Source of the DNA: an archaeon
GTDB taxonomy: Archaea; Nanobdellota; Nanobdellia; Woesearchaeales; UBA9642
Direction of reading: 5' to 3'
DNA length: 48,886 nt
NCBI GenBank assembly: GCA_043806035.1
Contig: JAZDHK010000039.1
Span: 1 to 48,886, forward strand
The position numbers were made by a program, and so were the translations under genes. Shown one piece after another: positions 7,726 through 17,533 of the stretch. Within the stretch, counting starts at the first letter, position 1; every line of letters begins with the position of its first letter. The notes beneath the pieces are model-generated. The model saw only the letters and a program-made list of their open reading frames with translations. It searched no databases and had not been told where the DNA came from.

Positions 7726-7785
7726 ATTTAAATACTTTTCTATTTTAACAACTTATTAGTGGTGACAAAACATAAGATTTATAAG
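7726..7785. promoter_or_regulatory. back-to-back TATA boxes with central ACT-N4-AGT palindrome
   Basis: Minus-strand TTTAAAT starting at 7732 and plus-strand TTTATAAG at 7778; ACTTATTAGT at 7751-7760 lies 18 and 17 bp from them. Confidence 0.6.
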
Positions 7786-7806
7786 CACAATCACACTTCT
7801 CGCAAC

Positions 7807-7920
7807 ATGGCACGCATCCATCTCATCGGCACCATCCACAATGCGTTCTCATCCAAGAAGCCTACGAAAACAACATCAACATCGATTTTAGCGTCTGTGA
7901 AAAAATCAACGTTTCTGTGA
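7807..7920 (+). pseudogene. gene remnant (MARIHLIGTIH..., TraB/GumN-like start)
   Basis: ATG ~29 bp after a TATA box; protein-like first 12 codons, then an out-of-frame protein-like piece (LIQEAYENNINIDF) and a duplicated TCTGTGAAAAA. Confidence 0.4.
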
Positions 7921-7964
7921 AAAATTAGGGGTCAATTTTGCACAAAGCCGCCAAATCCGCAAAA

Positions 7965-8011
7965 TATATAAATAAGTATCTTATCTCTACCTTGTTGATG
8001 TTAAATCAACA
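7965..8011 (+). promoter_or_regulatory. grpE-dnaK-dnaJ promoter with inverted repeat
   Basis: TATATAAA at 7965-7972; perfect IR TGTTGAT-N5-ATCAACA at 7993-8011. Confidence 0.55.
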
Positions 8012-8026
8012 GAATAAGGTGGGTGT

Positions 8027-8539
8027 ATGAAGGAACGCACAGAAAAAGAAAAAACTGAACAGGCAGAGCCATCGCCTCCTAACGAGAGCGAAGCAAAGAT
8101 TGCAGATTTGACAGACACGCTCAAGCGCCTCCAGGCAGAGTTCGACAATTACAGGAAAAGACAGGCAGCAGAACAAGACGTGCATGACAGAAAAGTCATG
8201 GCGAACCTGCTCAGGAAGCTCCTCCCTATAGTTGATAGCTTCCAGATGAGCATCAAGAGCCTCAACGACTCCTGCAAGCCAGAACACGAACAGTACAAGA
8301 AAGGCATAGAACTCCTGTACGCGCAGCTGTACGCATTCATGAAAGAGCAAGGAGTGCGAGAAATGGCAGTGCAGGCAGGCAAAGAACTTTTCGACCATAA
8401 CAAGCACGAAGTCCTCATGCTCCACGAGAGCGAGCTTCCAGAGCACACCATCATCGAAGTCTTCCAGACAGGATACTGGTATAATGATGAAGTCCTAAGG
8501 ACGGCAAAGGTCAAATGTGCGATGAAAAAGAACCAGTGA
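8027..8539 (+). CDS. grpE: nucleotide exchange factor GrpE
   Basis: [34 protein letters not shown]...VLRTAKV; directly before dnaK. Confidence 0.95.
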   Translation: MKERTEKEKTEQAEPSPPNESEAKIADLTDTLKRLQAEFDNYRKRQAAEQDVHDRKVMANLLRKLLPIVDSFQMSIKSLNDSCKPEHEQYKKGIELLYAQLYAFMKEQGVREMAVQAGKELFDHNKHEVLMLHESELPEHTIIEVFQTGYWYNDEVLRTAKVKCAMKKNQ

Positions 8540-8549
8540 GGTTGGTAGT

Positions 8550-10466
8550 ATGGCAAAGATCATAGGTATAGATTTGGGAACGAGCAACAGCGCAGCATCG
8601 GTCTTAGAGGGTGGAAAGCCGCGAATAATCCCGAGTGCAGAAGGAACTACGGTGGCGGGAAAAGCATTCCCGAGCGTCGTCGCATTCCTCAAAGACGGCT
8701 CGCGAGTAGTAGGAGAGCCTGCGAGAAGGCAGGCGATAACGAATCCTGACGGCACCATCATGGCTGCCAAGAGAAAGATGGGCACTGCCCACAAGTACAA
8801 AATTCTTGGAAAGGACTACACGCCGCAGCAGATCTCTGCATTCCTCCTCCAAAAGATCAAGGCGGATGCAGAAGCGTTCCTCGGCGAAAAAGTCGAGAAG
8901 GCAGTCATCACCGTTCCCGCCTACTTTGACGACAATCAAAGACAAGCAACAAAGGACGCAGGACAGATTGCCGGACTTGACGTCATCAGAATCATCAACG
9001 AACCTACTGCTGCAGCGCTCGCGTACGGCCTCGACAAGCAGAGCAAGGAACAAAAGATTCTTGTCTTTGACCTTGGAGGGGGTACGTTGGACGTCACCAT
9101 CATGGAATTCGGCGATGGCGTTTTTGAGGTGAAGTCAACATCGGGAGACACGCAATTAGGGGGCACGGACATGGACAAGGCAGTCATCGACTTCTTGCTT
9201 GCCGAATTCAAGAAGCAGGAAAACGTCGATCTTGCCAAAGACATTACCGCCATGCAGCGCCTCAGAGAGGCTGCGGAGAAGGCGAAGATCGAACTCTCGA
9301 CAGTCATGGAAACAGACATCAACCTGCCTTATATTACTGCCACGAATGAAGGGCCGAAGCATCTCATGATGAAACTGACGCGTGCTAAGCTGGAGCAGCT
9401 CATCGATCCTGTCATCAGGCGGTGCAAGCACCCGCTTGAGCAGGCATTGTCGGATGCAGGACTCAAGCCAAGCAACGTAGACAAAGTAATACTTGTTGGC
9501 GGGCCGACGCGCATGCCCATAGTGCACAAGTTCGTGGAAACGACTCTGGGAAAGAAGGCCGAGCGCGGTGTTGATCCTATGGAATGTGTTGCCATGGGCG
9601 CTGCCATCCAAGGAGGGGTGCTCGCAGGAGATGTCAAGGATGTCCTTTTGCTTGACGTGACACCCTTGAGTCTTGGCATTGAGACACTTGGGGGCATTTT
9701 CACCAAGCTCATCGAGCGAAACACCACCGTCCCCACAAAAAAGAGTCAAATCTTCAGCACGGCTTCGGACAACCAGCCGTCAGTGACCATTCACGTGATG
9801 CAGGGTGAGAGAAGCATGGCCCAGGACAACAAGAGCCTGGGCAAGTTTGATCTGATGGGCATTCCTCCAGCGCCGAGAGGCATTCCGCAGATCGAGGTGA
9901 CATTCGACATTGATGCTAACGGCATCGTGCACGTCAAGGCAAAGGACCTGGGCACGGGCAAGGAGCAGAGCATCAAGATAACGGCAACTCAGAAGCTCTC
10001 TGACGAGGAGATCGAGCGCATGCGGAAAGAGGCGGAAAGCCACGCGGAAGAGGACAAGAAACGCAGGGACAACGTCGACATCATCAACCAGGCAGACAGT
10101 CTCGTGTACAATACCGAACGGCTTTTCGAGGAAGTCAAGGACAAGATAGACACGGCAAAGGTAGAAGACATCAAGAAAGAATTGGCAGAGCTCAAGGAAA
10201 TGCTGGAAAAGCCGGATAAGTACGAACAGGCAGAGCAGATACGCAAGAAGGTCGATGCGGTGAACAAGAAAGTGCAGGAATTAAGCACGGAACTCTACCA
10301 GAAAGTCTCTGAGCAGCAGGCGCAGCAAAATCAAGAAGCTGCAAAAGAGAGCAAAGATGACAGTGAGAACGTGGTCGATGCGGAATTCAAAGATAAACCC
10401 GACGAAGACAAGCATGACGAGAAAAAGCACGACGACAAGAAACATGACAAGCATAAGAAGAAGTGA
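8550..10466 (+). CDS. dnaK: chaperone DnaK (Hsp70)
   Basis: [51 protein letters not shown]. Confidence 0.99.
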   Translation: MAKIIGIDLGTSNSAASVLEGGKPRIIPSAEGTTVAGKAFPSVVAFLKDGSRVVGEPARRQAITNPDGTIMAAKRKMGTAHKYKILGKDYTPQQISAFLLQKIKADAEAFLGEKVEKAVITVPAYFDDNQRQATKDAGQIAGLDVIRIINEPTAAALAYGLDKQSKEQKILVFDLGGGTLDVTIMEFGDGVFEVKSTSGDTQLGGTDMDKAVIDFLLAEFKKQENVDLAKDITAMQRLREAAEKAKIELSTVMETDINLPYITATNEGPKHLMMKLTRAKLEQLIDPVIRRCKHPLEQALSDAGLKPSNVDKVILVGGPTRMPIVHKFVETTLGKKAERGVDPMECVAMGAAIQGGVLAGDVKDVLLLDVTPLSLGIETLGGIFTKLIERNTTVPTKKSQIFSTASDNQPSVTIHVMQGERSMAQDNKSLGKFDLMGIPPAPRGIPQIEVTFDIDANGIVHVKAKDLGTGKEQSIKITATQKLSDEEIERMRKEAESHAEEDKKRRDNVDIINQADSLVYNTERLFEEVKDKIDTAKVEDIKKELAELKEMLEKPDKYEQAEQIRKKVDAVNKKVQELSTELYQKVSEQQAQQNQEAAKESKDDSENVVDAEFKDKPDEDKHDEKKHDDKKHDKHKKK

Positions 10467-10471
10467 AGGGC

Positions 10472-11548
10472 ATGAGCAAAGACTACTATGCCACACTCGG
10501 TTTGAGCAAGCATGCCACGCAGGAAGAGATCAAGGCTGCGTACAAGAAACTTGCAAAGCAATACCATCCTGACGTGAACAAAGACCACACGGCGACAGAG
10601 AAGTTCAAGGAAATCAACGAGGCCATGTCCGTCCTCTCCGATCCCAAGAAGAGGGAGCAGTATGACCGATTCGGCAGCGACTCCTTCAGGCACAACCAGC
10701 AGGGATTCGACAATTTCGACTTCAACGATGTCTTCGAGCAGTTCTTCGGCGAGGACATGGGCGGTTTTGGCTTCAACTTCAGCCAGAGGCAGCGCCGCGG
10801 CAAGGACATCGTCCATGATGTAACGCTCGACCTTGAAGAAACGGTTACAGGCAAGAAAGAGACGCTTTCTATCAGAAAGACCGAGCACTGCTCGCACTGC
10901 AACGGCGAGGGGGGAACGGGACTCAAGCAATGCAAGGCCTGCCATGGCAGAGGAGTCAGGGCCGTAACCCACAGGACCCCCTTTGGCTTAGTGCAGACGA
11001 CGGGCACATGCAGCGACTGCCACGGCAAGGGAGAGATTGCCGATGAGGAATGTTCCCACTGCAATGGCGAAGGTGTGCAGCACACGACGAAAAAGATCGA
11101 GGTAGAGATTCCTCCTGGCGTGAGTGATGACACGCGCGTACGGCTGGCAGGACAAGGGAATGAGATGCGAGGAGGCCCTGCAGGAGACTTGTACATCCGC
11201 ATGCATATCCGAGAGCATCCGCTTTTCGAACGGGAAGAGGATGACGTGTACATCGAGGCACCCATATCCTATTATCAGGCAGTCATGGGTGGAGAGATCG
11301 ACGTGCCCACATTGGATGGCAAGGCGACACTGAAAATCCCCGCAGGAACGCAACCAGGAACAATATTGCGGATGCGCGGCAAAGGCATCCCCCACCTCCA
11401 CCATACCGGCAGAGGCGATCAGAACGTGCGCATCACCATCAACGTGCCAGACAAGGTGAGCAAGAAGCAGAAAGAACTGCTCGTGGAACTCAACAAGTTG
11501 AGCAGCGAAAAAAACATATTCCAAAAAATACGGGGTGTGTTCAAGTAA
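10472..11548 (+). CDS. dnaJ: chaperone DnaJ
   Basis: J domain with HPD, G/F region, four CxxCxGxG repeats, C-terminal domain. Confidence 0.98.
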   Translation: MSKDYYATLGLSKHATQEEIKAAYKKLAKQYHPDVNKDHTATEKFKEINEAMSVLSDPKKREQYDRFGSDSFRHNQQGFDNFDFNDVFEQFFGEDMGGFGFNFSQRQRRGKDIVHDVTLDLEETVTGKKETLSIRKTEHCSHCNGEGGTGLKQCKACHGRGVRAVTHRTPFGLVQTTGTCSDCHGKGEIADEECSHCNGEGVQHTTKKIEVEIPPGVSDDTRVRLAGQGNEMRGGPAGDLYIRMHIREHPLFEREEDDVYIEAPISYYQAVMGGEIDVPTLDGKATLKIPAGTQPGTILRMRGKGIPHLHHTGRGDQNVRITINVPDKVSKKQKELLVELNKLSSEKNIFQKIRGVFK

Positions 11549-11655
11549 ACAGAGCGAGAGTGCGTCTGGCAAATGACAATCTTTATGAATATCCACGCAT
11601 CCGTACTTTAAAAACGGCAAAAATAGATATTGGCCATAATTTCGAGGGATACACC

Positions 11656-13521
11656 ATGGGCAAGAAAGGTAAGGGACTGTACAAATCTGGCGCAGGCAAA
11701 GTGAGTGCTGGCAAGCATGACGACAAGCCTGAGGAAAAGAAAGAGATCTTCGATCTTGTTTCGCAGAACATTCCTGATGAGCAGAAGGCTAAATTGAGCG
11801 AGCTCTCCGCGAAACTTGAGAAATTCAAGGAGAACGTGCTGGAAAAGTTCAATGAGTACGTCCTGGGCATCGCCCTGCTTCCCCCCAGCCAAGACGAGAA
11901 AGAAAAGCACAACATCAACGTCCTGGTGCTCATCGACGACAGCGACAGCCAGAAGATGACCAAGCTGGAACTGAAGGAGAAGCTGGCCAAGATCATCGAC
12001 GAGATGGCGAAGAGCATTGACAAGAACCTCGCTCCCGAAACCATCATCCTCACCGAACTGTGGCAGAACTGTTTCGATGCACGCTACGAACTCCTGCAGG
12101 GCATCGCCATGTCTGCATTCATTTATGACAAGGGCATGCTTTCTGCAATCAAGATCTGCGAAGTGCACAAGACCATGGTGCTCAAGAAATTCGAAAAATA
12201 CATTGTGAGTTACGTCCTTGCCGGGAGTTTCGTGCAAGGCAAGCCAAACCCGCACGACATCGACGTGTACATCGTCATTGATGATACGGATGTCAAGAAG
12301 ATGACCCGGGCGGAGCTCAAGGACAAGCTTCGTGCCATCATTATCGGCATGGGCATAGATGCGGGCAAGATGACGGGCATCGAAGGGAAGTTGCACATCC
12401 AAGTGTACATCCTGACGGATTTCTGGGAGAGTATGAAAGAGGCCCATCCTGTCATCCTCACCTTTCTCAGGGATGGCGTGCCATTCTATGATAGGGGCAT
12501 ATTCATGCCGTGGAAGCAGTTGCTTGCCATGGGCAGAGTCAAGCCAAGCCAGGAAAGCATCGACATGTTCATGCATACCGGCGACCAGATCCTTGAACGG
12601 GTGAAATTCAAGCTGCAGGAGATTGCGACGGAGGATATTTTCTACGCCACGTTGACGCCCATGCAGGCGGCCATCATGCTCATGGGCTTCCCGCCGCCAA
12701 CGCCGAGGGAGAGCATCCAGGTGGCGAAAGACCTCTTTGTCGAGAAGGAGAAATTGCTCGAGCAGGAATACGTGGACATTCTGGAGAAGATTGTGATCAA
12801 GACGAGAAAGGCTATGGAGTATGGTGATAAGAAGACCATTTCAGGCAAGGAAGTCGATGATCTTGTAGAGGATGCCAAGAAGTATCTCAAGCGGATCAAC
12901 GAATTGTTTAAGCAGATTCAGAAGCTCAAAGAAGAGGAAAATATCGTCCACACGTACGAGCACATCCTCACCATCGTACGTGACTTGCTGAAAGGGGAAG
13001 GTAACGAGAAGGTGTCTGACAAGGACATCTCCAAGGCGTTCGAGACGGAGATCATCCACAAAGGGCTCATCCCTGAAAAATTCCATAGAATCTTCAAGGA
13101 ATTAGTAAAAGCAAAGGCAGACTATGACCTGCACAAGCTCTCGAAGACGGATGTCAAGCTCGTCATCAAGGAGACGCATGAGCTCAGCAAGGTGCTCATC
13201 GAGTACATCCAGCGCAAGAGAAGCCAAGAGCTTGAACAGGCCAAGATCCGTGTCAAGTACCACGACAACAAGTATGGAGAGGTGCTCTTGTTAGGGGATG
13301 AGGCGTTCATCATCCATGACATCGAGACGCGTCAGGAGATCAGCCGGGCAAAGCTCACCAGCAATGGAGGTCTGAGCACCATTGCAAAGAGTTCGCTCGA
13401 GGAGATCGAGGAAGCCCTTGCCAATAAGAAGATTTCAGGCAAGACGTTCATCAAGGAGCCTATCTTCGAGGATCTCAAGCAGCTCTTCGGCAGCGATGTC
13501 GAGATACTCGTGCAGTGGTAG
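11656..13521 (+). CDS. tandem Pol-beta-family nucleotidyltransferase + HEPN-like protein
   Basis: Two internally repeated NTase units: degenerate INVLVLIDDSD and intact LAGS...HDIDVYIVIDD; then a HEPN-like helical region (FYATLTPMQAAIML...RKAMEY). Confidence 0.75.
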   Translation: MGKKGKGLYKSGAGKVSAGKHDDKPEEKKEIFDLVSQNIPDEQKAKLSELSAKLEKFKENVLEKFNEYVLGIALLPPSQDEKEKHNINVLVLIDDSDSQKMTKLELKEKLAKIIDEMAKSIDKNLAPETIILTELWQNCFDARYELLQGIAMSAFIYDKGMLSAIKICEVHKTMVLKKFEKYIVSYVLAGSFVQGKPNPHDIDVYIVIDDTDVKKMTRAELKDKLRAIIIGMGIDAGKMTGIEGKLHIQVYILTDFWESMKEAHPVILTFLRDGVPFYDRGIFMPWKQLLAMGRVKPSQESIDMFMHTGDQILERVKFKLQEIATEDIFYATLTPMQAAIMLMGFPPPTPRESIQVAKDLFVEKEKLLEQEYVDILEKIVIKTRKAMEYGDKKTISGKEVDDLVEDAKKYLKRINELFKQIQKLKEEENIVHTYEHILTIVRDLLKGEGNEKVSDKDISKAFETEIIHKGLIPEKFHRIFKELVKAKADYDLHKLSKTDVKLVIKETHELSKVLIEYIQRKRSQELEQAKIRVKYHDNKYGEVLLLGDEAFIIHDIETRQEISRAKLTSNGGLSTIAKSSLEEIEEALANKKISGKTFIKEPIFEDLKQLFGSDVEILVQW

Positions 13522-13630
13522 CCCGCTTGCCGAACAAAACACTTGTTTTTTTTCACTTTTAAGTAGTAAAAATATAGAAAGATTTAAATAGTACAGATGC
13601 TTTCTTTATCCATACACTCAGGTGATATTC

Positions 13631-14401
13631 ATGACTGACTTCGTCGAGATGATTACCAAAGCGGAAGAAACAATCCAGGCAAAATACAAAGAACTCTGGT
13701 TAGACCAAGATAATGCAGGCAGGCAATCCTACCTCGACTTCGAGGCACTGTTCAAGCTTACAGGTAAGATGCCAAATCCGGAAACTGTGAAGAAAGGGCT
13801 CGTCATGCGGCTCAACATGCTCACTGATACCTATCATCCTCTTGAAAACAAGGTAGACAAGCAAGGAAAGCCAGGAGAGGATCTTGACACGAATGCTGCA
13901 AGCCTCATCATACGAGTGGCAAAAGGCATCAACGACATGGGACTGCACTGTGAAGTGGACCCGGACACTATGAATCGTGCATATAACAAACTACTCATTG
14001 ACTACACCTCACAAAAAACACAATTTGCTGGGCTCAAGGCAGCACACCATCTCGCGCAGCTTACCGGCATACCCGTTTCTGCAGAAGTATTGGCATCAGG
14101 CATCAGTCATGCACTATCTACCAGCGATGAAACAAAGAACATAGCATTCATCGCACAAGACACTGCATCATTCCTGAATGATCCTGCCGCGCTTGAAACC
14201 ATCTACACGGGCATCGCCAAAAAATGCACTGCGGAAGAACTGCTCGCCTACGAGAAAAGTGCACAAAAATACGCAACGGACAATACGAACGTGTCCATGA
14301 CGCAAGATGTTGTCGAAAAAGTCCTTGCGAGCTACGTGGAAAGGAACAGATATGCTGATGCACTCAAGATAGCAACGGCAAAAAAGATGCTCCCGCAATA
14401 G
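13631..14401 (+). CDS. hypothetical protein (helical)
   Basis: 256-aa ORF with GGTGA RBS and a TATA box at 13583. Confidence 0.75.
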   Translation: MTDFVEMITKAEETIQAKYKELWLDQDNAGRQSYLDFEALFKLTGKMPNPETVKKGLVMRLNMLTDTYHPLENKVDKQGKPGEDLDTNAASLIIRVAKGINDMGLHCEVDPDTMNRAYNKLLIDYTSQKTQFAGLKAAHHLAQLTGIPVSAEVLASGISHALSTSDETKNIAFIAQDTASFLNDPAALETIYTGIAKKCTAEELLAYEKSAQKYATDNTNVSMTQDVVEKVLASYVERNRYADALKIATAKKMLPQ

Positions 14402-14453
14402 TTTTTCACAACTTTTTTAAAGCACGCATTCTTCCCTTTTTTTAGGTGATGTG

Positions 14454-14891
14454 ATGAAGACCGGCATGCAGATACACGAGGTCATGACCAATACGCCCGT
14501 TACCGTGAGCCCTACAGCGACCGTCCAAGAGACTGCGCTGCTCATGACCAAGAAAAATGTGAACAGCGTTCTCGTCGTCAAGAACGACCAAATTCTAGGC
14601 ATTGTTACTGACGAAGACATGGTGCGACGGATCGTCACCCAAAGCAGCCCCGCAACACAAGAACCCATATCAGCAATCATGGTCAAGGATCCCTTCATCA
14701 TCTCGCCAGGACAGGATCTCATGGACGCCATCGTGCTCATGGGCGATAACGACATCAGGCATTTGCCCGTCGTTGACAAGAAAAAGCTTGTTGGCTTCAT
14801 CACCATGCGAGACATTCTGAAGATGGAGCCAGAACTGGTGGAACTGCTCTCCCGAGACACATTACAGCGAGAAGAGGAACAAAATTTATAA
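14454..14891 (+). CDS. CBS-pair domain protein
   Basis: VM..PVTVSP, LGIVTDED, IRHLPVV, LVGFITMRDIL. Confidence 0.92.
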   Translation: MKTGMQIHEVMTNTPVTVSPTATVQETALLMTKKNVNSVLVVKNDQILGIVTDEDMVRRIVTQSSPATQEPISAIMVKDPFIISPGQDLMDAIVLMGDNDIRHLPVVDKKKLVGFITMRDILKMEPELVELLSRDTLQREEEQNL

Positions 14892-14914
14892 ACATTCTGC
14901 GAGTTGAGGACGCC

Positions 14915-15607
14915 ATGAATCAGCCGCACCACGTTGCTGTCATACTTGATGGAAATAGGCGGTTTGCGAAACGGCTCATGGCCGAGCCGTGGAAGGGGCA
15001 CGAGTGGGGCTATGAGAAAGTAAAGAAACTCATGGACTGGTGTAAGGAATGCAACATCCCCGAACTCACCCTCTACGCCTTCTCCTTACAGAACTTTCAT
15101 CGGCCAAAGAATGAGTTCGAGTATCTCATGCGTCTCGCCGAACGCATGTGCGATGAGGTTCTCGCTCAGGAAAAGACAACCAACGACCCTCGCGTTTCCT
15201 TCATCGGACGCACGCATCTGCTCAACCCCGCTCTGCAAGAGAAGATGCGTAACGTAGAAACGACAACAGAACAGAATGCAGGCATGCAGGTCAACATCTG
15301 CTTCGCCTATGGCGGCAGGGAAGAGATCACTGATGCGGTCAAGGCCATCGCTGAAAAAATACGTGCGGGCACGCTTTCTCCTGACGACGTCGGAGAAGAG
15401 CTCATCAAGCAACACCTGCAGCTCCCTCGAGAGCCGGATCTCATTATCAGGACGGGAGGCGAAAGACGAACGAGCAATTTTCTCATGTGGCAGAGCTCGT
15501 ATGCCGAGCTATACTTTACTGATGCGCTCTGGCCAGAATTCGAGAAAGAGCAATTCTTGGCGGCACTCGAAGACTTCGAGCAGAGGAAGCGCAGGTTCGG
15601 ACAATAA
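14915..15607 (+). CDS. uppS: cis-prenyltransferase (polyprenyl diphosphate synthase)
   Basis: PHHVAVILDGNRR, LTLYAFS, YGGREEI, PDLIIRTGGERRTSNFLMWQ, RRFG. Confidence 0.96.
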   Translation: MNQPHHVAVILDGNRRFAKRLMAEPWKGHEWGYEKVKKLMDWCKECNIPELTLYAFSLQNFHRPKNEFEYLMRLAERMCDEVLAQEKTTNDPRVSFIGRTHLLNPALQEKMRNVETTTEQNAGMQVNICFAYGGREEITDAVKAIAEKIRAGTLSPDDVGEELIKQHLQLPREPDLIIRTGGERRTSNFLMWQSSYAELYFTDALWPEFEKEQFLAALEDFEQRKRRFGQ

Positions 15608-15835
15608 GCAGAGCGTAGCACGCTCTTCTCGTCAATGGGCAAGTAACCATTTCCTGCAAAAGCAACACACACATAATATTCATTATCAAGTAGAACATTC
15701 TTGATTGAATGAGGACTTCCTCTTCCCTCTCTGACGAGGTTTTTAAGAAAAAATGTTTTCACCGTAAAGTATAAATATAACTTACCACATGCAAGCAGTT
15801 GTATCTATTTACGAGTTAAAAAATAAGGGTGGTGT

Positions 15836-17092
15836 ATGATGAAACAACTTATCGTGTTTCTTGTTCTTGCAAGCATTTTCCTGACGGCATGTCAGACCGG
15901 ACAGCAAAAGAACGAATCCGTGGTCTGCCCCATCAACGGCAGTACCGATCCGGCATGTGCATTACCACAAGACAACACCACTCCTGTCATGGAAGAGGAA
16001 ACGCCCGACATCACTGAAGATGTTGAAATCAGCATCAGTGAAGAAATTCCTGGGAGGAACGGCGAGGAAGTCAGCACTTCAGTAACCGGAACAGAAGGAG
16101 ACCTGATCCAACTCAAGCCGCACGCAATAAGCCCTGAAGGCGCGGACATCACGTACGAATTCAGCACGCCCTTCAACAAGAATGGCCTCTGGCAGACGAA
16201 AGATGGAGATGCAGGCAAGCACCTTGTCACCATCACCGCAAGCGACGGCATCACTGCCGCAAGCGAGAGCGTCCTTGTTGAGATCAAACCGAGCAACAAA
16301 GCACCGGTCATCGAATGCCCCAACGAAATCACCGTCAATGAAGGAGAAACCATCAAGATGGACTGCAACGTCTACGACATCGATGGAGACGAGGTCATCG
16401 TGAGCTACAGCGGCTTCATGACCAACCCGAGCTACAAGACAACGTACGATGACGCGGGATCCTACAGCGTCGTCATCCGTGCTTCAGACAAGATGCATAC
16501 GACAACAACGACAGTCCCTGTGCTCATCAAGAATGTCAATAGGGCACCTGTCTTTGAGACGCCTCTTGATGACTTCACCGCGCAAGAGACAGATGTCGTC
16601 ACCCTCAACGTCAAGGCATACGACCCTGATGGCGATCCCATCACTGTCACGTACGGAACACCATTCGACAGCCAAGGCGTGTGGAAGACGAAGATAGGCG
16701 ATGCGGGAACCTACCAAGTATCTGTAGTCGCTGCAGACTCCGAACTCACGACGAAGGAGACAGCCCAGCTCACCCTGAAGCCCATCAACACGGCACCCGT
16801 GCTGAAGTCCATAGCACCCATCGTGGTGCGTGAAGGGGAAGAGCTCGTGATCAACGCTGAAGCGTACGACCGGGAGAATGACGATCTCGTCATCACGTAT
16901 AGCGGCTGGCTCACGAACGGCAAGTACGATGTCAAGTACACGGACGCCTATCCCGACGGCTGCGGCGTGCCGCTCTGCAACGCAACGTACATCATCACGG
17001 TGAAGGCAAGCGATGGCTTCCTCTCAGACAGCGTTGACGTACCCATCACGGTTGTCGACACGTGGAGAGGTCCGGTGTTCGAGCCAAAATAA
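15836..17092 (+). CDS. surface lipoprotein with tandem Ig/cadherin-like repeats
   Basis: Lipobox-like FLTAC; ~80-aa repeats N.APV...V.EGE...D.DGD...Y...ASD. Confidence 0.8.
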   Translation: MMKQLIVFLVLASIFLTACQTGQQKNESVVCPINGSTDPACALPQDNTTPVMEEETPDITEDVEISISEEIPGRNGEEVSTSVTGTEGDLIQLKPHAISPEGADITYEFSTPFNKNGLWQTKDGDAGKHLVTITASDGITAASESVLVEIKPSNKAPVIECPNEITVNEGETIKMDCNVYDIDGDEVIVSYSGFMTNPSYKTTYDDAGSYSVVIRASDKMHTTTTTVPVLIKNVNRAPVFETPLDDFTAQETDVVTLNVKAYDPDGDPITVTYGTPFDSQGVWKTKIGDAGTYQVSVVAADSELTTKETAQLTLKPINTAPVLKSIAPIVVREGEELVINAEAYDRENDDLVITYSGWLTNGKYDVKYTDAYPDGCGVPLCNATYIITVKASDGFLSDSVDVPITVVDTWRGPVFEPK

Positions 17093-17131
17093 TTTTTTTT
17101 CACTTTTCATTGTAACTTTTTTGAGGAACGC

Positions 17132-17533
17132 ATGCAAGACTTGGACGTACTCCTGGGGATTACCTTTCTGGAATGGTTAGACATGCGAGTACATACGAGG
17201 AGAAAGGTCAATATCAAGAATGCCCGTGCCTACATTGACGAGTACAGCAAAAAAATAAGCCGTACAGAGGCGGATACGCTCTATGCTATGGTTAAAGGGG
17301 GCGGCTTCCTGCTCTATCCCACCAAACTTGCAACGGGCATGGACGTCGGTTTCGTCGTCGCATCAGTCGATCAAGGAAAGGTCTACAAGCACTTGCAATT
17401 TGTTGAACAGCAACTGCCTGACGGGTATTCGTTCATGACGCTTTCTCGCACCTTCATGGCAAAGAAGAATCTCGCCCTTGCCGAAGAAGCAGGAGTGCAC
17501 ATTTTAAATAATAGAGCGCATTACCTTTCCTAA
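17132..17533 (+). CDS. hypothetical protein
   Basis: 133-aa ORF with GAGG RBS; stop overlaps the next start. Confidence 0.65.
   Translation: MQDLDVLLGITFLEWLDMRVHTRRKVNIKNARAYIDEYSKKISRTEADTLYAMVKGGGFLLYPTKLATGMDVGFVVASVDQGKVYKHLQFVEQQLPDGYSFMTLSRTFMAKKNLALAEEAGVHILNNRAHYLS

Noticed and set aside
8604-12576. Long antisense ORFs opposite dnaK, dnaJ and the NTase gene (likewise 33030-34196 and 37570-38973)
   Set aside because: No motifs; explained by codon bias on the coding strand suppressing antisense stops.
15608-15712. Hairpins after uppS (GAGCGT-AGC-ACGCTC; ATCAAG...CTTGAT)
   Set aside because: Short and single-copy; at most terminator-like.
17132-17533. Possible PD-(D/E)XK nuclease
   Set aside because: Only the C-terminal ALAEEAGVHIL resembles Mrr tails; no E-x-K catalytic motif is visible.
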